Source of the DNA: an uncultured delta proteobacterium | GTDB taxonomy: Bacteria; Myxococcota_A; Polyangia; Polyangiales; Houyiibacteriaceae | Length of the DNA stretch: 64,000 nucleotides | NCBI GenBank assembly: GCA_963699755.1 | Contig: CAVOVB010000005.1 | Coordinates: 160,001-224,000 of the forward strand | Reading direction: 5' to 3' | Part shown: positions 59,077 through 64,000 of the stretch, piece after piece | Layout: each line of letters opens with the position of its first letter | Numbering within the stretch: position 1 is the stretch's first letter | The notes under the pieces: model-generated | Told to the model about the DNA's origin: nothing | Seen by the model: only the letters and a program-made list of their open reading frames with translations | The model's database searches: none | Translations under genes and position numbers: made by a program

Positions 59077-60705
59077 CTAACCGTCGATCACGGTCAGTTG
59101 GCCGGCAGCGTATTGGCTTCGAAGGACCTTCTTGTCGAACTTACCAACGCTCGTTTTTGGGATTTCATGGACGAAGGTCCAGCGTTCGGGGAGCCACCAC
59201 TTGGCTACTTTGTCTTCGAGATAGGCGCGGATTTCTTCGGGCGCGATCGTGCTGCCCTCCTTGCGGACGATGCAAGCCAGGGGGCGCTCATCCCATTTCT
59301 CGTCGGGGATGCCCACGACGGCGGCTTCTGCGACTTCGGGATGGGCGATGATCGTGTTTTCGAGCTCGACCGAGGAGATCCATTCGCCACCTGACTTGAT
59401 GACGTCTTTGGCGCGATCGGTGATTTGCGCATAACCGCGCTCGTCGACGAAGCCGACGTCGCCGGTCCGCAGCCAACCGTCGTGAAACTTCTCCTCGTCG
59501 TCGACGCCGTAGTAGCGGCCGGTCACCCAGGGTCCGCGCACCTCGATTTCGCCGACCGACTTCCCATCCCAGGGGAGCGTCTGCCCCGCGTCGTCGACGA
59601 TGCGCAGCTCGATCCCAGCGACCGGTCGCCCCGTCCTGCTTCGATAGCGCCATGCATCTTCGCCTTCGATCCCGCGCGGCACCGATGCAATCGTACCGAC
59701 CGGGCTGGTTTCAGTCATGCCCCATAGCTGCAAGAGCGTGACCCCATAGCGTTCGTCGAAGGCGCGCATCAGGGACTCGGGAACCGCAGAACCGCCGCAA
59801 ATGACCAAGCGAAACGAAGACAAATCGATGTCTCTGCGCTCGCCATAGTGGAGCACGCCCGTCCAAATGCTCGGAACCGCGCCGGCAAGAGTCGGCCGAT
59901 GACGCTCGATCATGGCGACCAGCGGTTCTGGCTGCAGGAATTGCGCCGGCTGCAAGAAATCGGTGCCGACCCACCAGCCCGCGTAAGGAAGGCCCCAGCA
60001 GTTGGCATGGAACATCGGCACGATGGTCAGGATCATGTCGCGTTCGTTTAGACCGGCGACCGCGCCCGACGTGAGTGCGTAGGAGTGAAGCACGGTCGAG
60101 CGATGGCTGTACACGACGCCTTTGGGGTCGCCGGTGGTGCCGCTCGTATACGCCATCGATGCAGGCGCTCGCTCGTCGAGCGTCGGCCATTCGAGTCCAG
60201 GCGATTCGGACGAAAGAAGATCCTCGTATCGGTGGAGCGTGGCCCGAGGCGCATTGCGCAGGGGTGCATCGTCCACGTTGCCGACGACGACGATGTGCTC
60301 GACCGTCTTCATGTCGCTTGCGACCTGCCCGAGCAAGGGCACCAGGCTGCCGTCGACGACGATGACTTTGTCGGCCGCGTGGTTGATCACGAACGCCAGC
60401 TGCTCGGGAAACAGCCGGATGTTGAGCGTGTGCATCACCGCACCCATCGAAGAGATCGCGAAATACGCCTCGAGATGCTCCTGGCTGTTCCAACAGAAGG
60501 TGCCGACCCGATCTTCGCGCTTCACGCCGAGCTTGACTAGGGCCTTGGCGAGCTGCTCGGCGCGATTGGCGATTTCTGCGTAGCTCGCCACTCGATCAAC
60601 GCCTTCGCCTACCGTGATCACGCGGCTGCTCGGGTACAAGCGCCGCCCGTGCTCGAACAAATCCGAGATCAAGAGCGGCCGGTCCATCATCGTCGAAAAG
60701 CTCAC
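59077..60705 (-). CDS. Medium/long-chain fatty acid--CoA ligase (AlkK/DmdB-like)
   Basis: [46 protein letters not shown]. Confidence 0.92.
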   Translation of the reverse strand: MSFSTMMDRPLLISDLFEHGRRLYPSSRVITVGEGVDRVASYAEIANRAEQLAKALVKLGVKREDRVGTFCWNSQEHLEAYFAISSMGAVMHTLNIRLFPEQLAFVINHAADKVIVVDGSLVPLLGQVASDMKTVEHIVVVGNVDDAPLRNAPRATLHRYEDLLSSESPGLEWPTLDERAPASMAYTSGTTGDPKGVVYSHRSTVLHSYALTSGAVAGLNERDMILTIVPMFHANCWGLPYAGWWVGTDFLQPAQFLQPEPLVAMIERHRPTLAGAVPSIWTGVLHYGERRDIDLSSFRLVICGGSAVPESLMRAFDERYGVTLLQLWGMTETSPVGTIASVPRGIEGEDAWRYRSRTGRPVAGIELRIVDDAGQTLPWDGKSVGEIEVRGPWVTGRYYGVDDEEKFHDGWLRTGDVGFVDERGYAQITDRAKDVIKSGGEWISSVELENTIIAHPEVAEAAVVGIPDEKWDERPLACIVRKEGSTIAPEEIRAYLEDKVAKWWLPERWTFVHEIPKTSVGKFDKKVLRSQYAAGQLTVIDG

Positions 60706-60734
60706 CTAAGCCTCCTCTCCTCGTGCGCCGGCGC

Positions 60735-61388
60735 TCACTCCGCCTCGAAACCCGCCGCCTTGTGCGCGCCGTCGCAAAACGGCTTGTTATTCGAGTGCCC
60801 ACAGCGGCAGAGCGCCGCCTTCTTTCCGGTCCACGCCTTGCGGCCGCTGGCAGCGACGATGGTGAAGTTCCCGCTGAGCAGAAGCGGTCCGTTCGGCGCG
60901 CGTCCGATCTTGAGCGTCCCGCCTTGCGCCTCCAATCCTTCCCCGCTGTCTCCAACGGCTCCGTAGTCTTTGAAGCCCGCCTCTTCGTGACTGTTGTCGC
61001 AGAACGGCTTGTTCTTCGAGTGCCCACAGCGGCAAAGCGCCGCTCGAAAGCGTGTGCCGTACATGTCGTCGGCGGCCCCATCTACCTCGAGGTCTCCGCG
61101 CACGTAGAGCGGGCCGTTGTACATCACCGAAACGACGTTCTCTGGCTCCGGGGATTCCCCCGCCCCTCCGACTTTGCGCTCATAGGTCAGTGCGCCTGTC
61201 GGACAGCGCTCGACCACCTCGACGACCTCCAGGGGGCTCACCAGATCGGGCTGGCACCACGGTTGTCGACCGCCAACGAAGAGGTCGTTGTTCGCGCGAC
61301 CGCACTCGCCGATGTGAATGCACAAACGCCCGTCCCAATGGACGTCTGCCTTGGCACCTTCGTACTTGAAGACCTTCTTCTCACTCAT
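60735..61388 (-). CDS. CDGSH iron-sulfur protein: divergent 4Fe-4S domain plus two CDGSH domains
   Basis: CIHIGEC...CPTGAL; CRCGHSKNKPFCDNSH and CRCGHSNNKPFCDGAH; ATG 61388 with GGAGG RBS. Confidence 0.88.
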   Translation of the reverse strand: MSEKKVFKYEGAKADVHWDGRLCIHIGECGRANNDLFVGGRQPWCQPDLVSPLEVVEVVERCPTGALTYERKVGGAGESPEPENVVSVMYNGPLYVRGDLEVDGAADDMYGTRFRAALCRCGHSKNKPFCDNSHEEAGFKDYGAVGDSGEGLEAQGGTLKIGRAPNGPLLLSGNFTIVAASGRKAWTGKKAALCRCGHSNNKPFCDGAHKAAGFEAE

Positions 61389-61503
61389 GGGGTTTCTCCT
61401 CCGTTTGCAGCGTTGATGGGCACCACCCCGAAGTCGATTTTCTACTACAGGCGCCCGGAAACCACTACAGCGAACTTGCTCGGATCGCCCGACACGCAAT
61501 GGC

Positions 61504-62448
61504 ATGTTAAGCAAGCTATCCAAAATGGGGCATCCGCATCACAACCATCACGCTGGAGCCGAGGTCGAGAGCAACCGGCGGCGACTCGCCATGGCCCTCG
61601 TGCTGACCGCCGCGTACATGGTTGCCGAAATCGTCGGCGGTATCGTCTCCAACTCTTTGGCCTTGCTCGCCGACGCAGGGCACATGTTTTCGGATGCCGC
61701 GGCGCTAGGCCTTTCGTTGGTGGCGGTGATGCTGGCTCAGCGTCCCGCGACGAACCAGCGCACCTATGGTTTTCACAGGGCTGAGATTCTCGCGGCGCTG
61801 GTGAACGGCGGCGCGCTGCTTGCCATGGCAATCTTGATCGCCCGCGAGGCTTGGGAGCGTCTCGCCGACCCGCCCGAGGTGCGAGGGGGCTTGATGCTGG
61901 CGGTTGCCTGTGGCGGCCTTGCCATCAACTTGGCAAATTTGATGATTCTGAGCGGGGGTCGCGAGAGCAACCTCAACGTGCGCGGCGCCTGGCTGCATGT
62001 GATGGCCGACACCCTGGGTAGCGTGGGCGCCATATCCGCTGGCGCCGTGATCTACTTCCTCGGTTGGCGCTGGGCGGATCCGGCCGCGTCCTTCGTCATT
62101 GCGATGCTGGTCCTGTACTCGGCTTGGGGACTCGTTACAGAGACCGTCGACGTGCTCATGGAAGGCGTGCCGAAGGGCATCTCCATCGAAGACGTCGCGA
62201 CGGCCCTCAAAGAGCTTCCTGGCGTGTTGGACACCCACGACCTGCACGTCTGGTCCTTGACGAGCGGCCGGAACATCGCGACCACGCACCTGATCATTGC
62301 AGAAGACGCCGACCACCAAGGCATCATCGATGCCGCCAGTCGAACCCTCGCCAGCCAGTTCGCAATCGCGCACGCGACCATCCAAGTCGAGCACGGAGAG
62401 CTGGCGAGCCAGTGCAATGCCTGCGGCTCGGTGGCCAGCGCAAGCTAA
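61504..62448 (+). CDS. czcD: Cation diffusion facilitator (Zn/Co/Cd efflux, CzcD/ZitB-like)
   Basis: His-rich N-terminus, SLALLADAGHMFSD, NVRGAWLHVMAD, HDLHVW, HATIQVE. Confidence 0.9.
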   Translation: MLSKLSKMGHPHHNHHAGAEVESNRRRLAMALVLTAAYMVAEIVGGIVSNSLALLADAGHMFSDAAALGLSLVAVMLAQRPATNQRTYGFHRAEILAALVNGGALLAMAILIAREAWERLADPPEVRGGLMLAVACGGLAINLANLMILSGGRESNLNVRGAWLHVMADTLGSVGAISAGAVIYFLGWRWADPAASFVIAMLVLYSAWGLVTETVDVLMEGVPKGISIEDVATALKELPGVLDTHDLHVWSLTSGRNIATTHLIIAEDADHQGIIDAASRTLASQFAIAHATIQVEHGELASQCNACGSVASAS

Positions 62449-62455
62449 TCACGCG

Positions 62456-62665
62456 TCAGTCTTTGGAACGTGCTCCGTTGGCGCATCGGCCGCAGATGCA
62501 TACCTTTCCCTTCGCTTCGGCGGGGATCGACGCCAGCGCGCCGGGGCTCATCGTCGCGGTCATGCACCAGCACGAGTCCGGATCGCGGCCCGCAGCAACG
62601 GCGCATTCGTTGGGCATGCCGCACAAGGGACAATTGCTCACGTCGTACTTTGGATGTTCGTTCAT
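62456..62665 (-). CDS. Cysteine-rich CWC family protein
   Basis: CPLCG.PNEC...CWC...CICGRC. Confidence 0.8.
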   Translation of the reverse strand: MNEHPKYDVSNCPLCGMPNECAVAAGRDPDSCWCMTATMSPGALASIPAEAKGKVCICGRCANGARSKD

Positions 62666-63303
62666 TCGAGCTCGGTGATGGCTTCGATTTCGTCGAAGCG
62701 TCGTTGGTATAGCTCTTCAATGTAGGCATGCATGTCGTTGAGCCTCACAATCTGCTTCTCTGCTGAGGCTTCTTTTTCGTTCGCGTCGCAGAGCTTCGAG
62801 AGCTCCTCCACCGCTTCGAGAGTGCTGGCCGCGCGGGTCGCCGACACCGCCACCAACGCCGTCATCGCCAGCGCAGGCAAGGCGACCATCAGGAGCCGAG
62901 ACCAGACGCCCGGGGGGGTTCGTTGGACCATCCAAGGGGTCATCAGAACCAAGATGAGCGCGGCCAAGCTCGCTAGAATCCAAGGCCCGTGGCGGTGCCA
63001 CACATGCCTCCATGCGCCTGCCGTTCGTTCTTTGCGAGCTTCATTGCACGGATCGGAGTCCTTGAGGGAGCGAAGCTCATCCTCGACCGCGTCCGCGAGC
63101 TCTTCGGCAAGGTCTTCGTTGAGACTCACGCTGGACAAATCGACTGCCCGGGCTTCCGACCGCTTCTCTGGAGGCACCATCGAGAAACGGTTCACGTACA
63201 CGGTCCGACCCGAGCCCGAGGTGTACGAATAGAAGACCGGTGCCGACTGGGCCTGAGCGTCCCCTGCAACTACTAGGACCGCAGCGATGAGTAGAATGCG
63301 CAT
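62662..63303 (-). CDS. Hypothetical exported/membrane protein with DUF4124-like N-terminal motif
   Basis: Signal peptide MRILLIAAVL..AQA, FYSYTSGSGRTVYVN...VP, two TMs; ATG 63303 overlaps the nhaA stop. Confidence 0.6.
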   Translation of the reverse strand: MRILLIAAVLVVAGDAQAQSAPVFYSYTSGSGRTVYVNRFSMVPPEKRSEARAVDLSSVSLNEDLAEELADAVEDELRSLKDSDPCNEARKERTAGAWRHVWHRHGPWILASLAALILVLMTPWMVQRTPPGVWSRLLMVALPALAMTALVAVSATRAASTLEAVEELSKLCDANEKEASAEKQIVRLNDMHAYIEELYQRRFDEIEAITELE

Positions 63304-64000
63304 CAGCTCTTCTTCGTGACGAGGGACAAGACCAGCATCCCGAGAACGGCGCTCAGGAACGAGCCGAGGATGATCCCAATCTTGGCTGAGACCAGGAGCC
63401 CGCCCGACAAACCGAGCGACGCGATGAAGAGTGCCATGGTGAAGCCGATGCCACCGAGGAAGGCCGCGCCCCCGAGGACGGGCCAGGTTACGCCCTCGGG
63501 TCGTGTCGCCCAACCGAGCTTCACGGCTATCCAGGACGCGCCAACGATACCGATCGGCTTTCCGAGGAGGAGGCCGGCAGCCACCGCGATGGCAACCGGC
63601 TCGCGCATCCCGTCGAGCTCGATCGGGACACCGGCGTTGGCGAGCGAGAAAAGCGGCATGATGACGAAAGCGACCCAGGGGTGGAGCGCCGTCTCGAGGC
63701 GAAAGAGCGGAGAGACGGCCTCGCGGGACGCAAACGAGAGGTCCGCAACCAGCTCTCTCGCCCGTTCGATGCTGGTTTCTTCCTTTCGGAGCGTGTCGTT
63801 GACGTACCGCAGGAAGCCGAGGAACCGCTCCCCGCCGAGCCATGGGTGCGCAGGGGTCAACAAGCCGACGAGCACGCCCGCGATCGTCGGGTGCACTCCC
63901 GATTTGAAGGTGCAGAGCCAGACCCAAGTGCCCGCGATGAAGTAGATGCCGATCGAGCGCACCCCGAGTCGGCTCATGAGCACGATGGCTGCAATCCCGA
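63303..64000 (-). CDS. nhaA: Na+/H+ antiporter NhaA, 3' part (5' end lies beyond the window)
   Basis: SGVHPTIAG, LHPWVAF..MPLFSLANAG, GKPIGI, GIGFTMALFI, AKIGI. Confidence 0.92.
   Translation of the reverse strand, partial: GIAAIVLMSRLGVRSIGIYFIAGTWVWLCTFKSGVHPTIAGVLVGLLTPAHPWLGGERFLGFLRYVNDTLRKEETSIERARELVADLSFASREAVSPLFRLETALHPWVAFVIMPLFSLANAGVPIELDGMREPVAIAVAAGLLLGKPIGIVGASWIAVKLGWATRPEGVTWPVLGGAAFLGGIGFTMALFIASLGLSGGLLVSAKIGIILGSFLSAVLGMLVLSLVTKKS

Noticed and set aside
60760..61045. Near-duplicate DNA segments GGCTTGTT(A/C)TTCGAGTGCCCACAGCGGCA
   Set aside because: Explained by the two CDGSH domains of one protein

Overview
A high-GC, gene-dense bacterial window. The Gly/Met-linker and Cys-rich lipoproteins suggest a myxobacterium or other deltaproteobacterium (inference only). 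There are four blocks. (1) 0.1-26.7 kb is a mosaic Wzx/Wzy-type surface-polysaccharide locus: 4 SAM methyltransferases, 2 flippases, 4 GT4s, 2 UDP-GlcNAc 2-epimerases, a WbpB-like dehydrogenase, an OafA acyltransferase, a deacetylase, a GNAT, AsnB, a Wzy-like protein, an O-antigen-ligase/TPR protein and Wzc. A GGMAGA-repeat lipoprotein gene is embedded in it. (2) 26.7-34.5 kb holds redox/stress genes: rubrerythrin, Fe-S oxidoreductase, DUF3501, htpX and egtB-egtD. (3) 34.5-50 kb is the best candidate for an undescribed system. It looks like a self-contained lipid-linked glycosylation module: reversed HldE-like kinase/nucleotidyltransferase, HAD phosphatase, SDR, DegT aminotransferase, PLP decarboxylase plus ATP-grasp, polyprenol-P GT2, a UPF0104 membrane protein, two GT-C proteins (one TMTC-like), 2 methyltransferases and 2 sulfotransferases. 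(4) 50-64 kb holds a 3beta-HSD/SnoaL pair, MscS, a MacAB-like exporter, arsM with a Cys-Cys MarR and a tandem operator, an acyl-CoA ligase, a CDGSH protein, a CDF transporter, a CWC protein and partial nhaA. Non-coding signals include a 33-bp dyad element that occurs twice in the polysaccharide locus, a structured leader before the lipoprotein gene, and a wzc 5' end with no canonical in-frame start. No rRNA, tRNA, CRISPR array or mobile element was recognised. All product calls come from motif recognition by eye; no database search was run.
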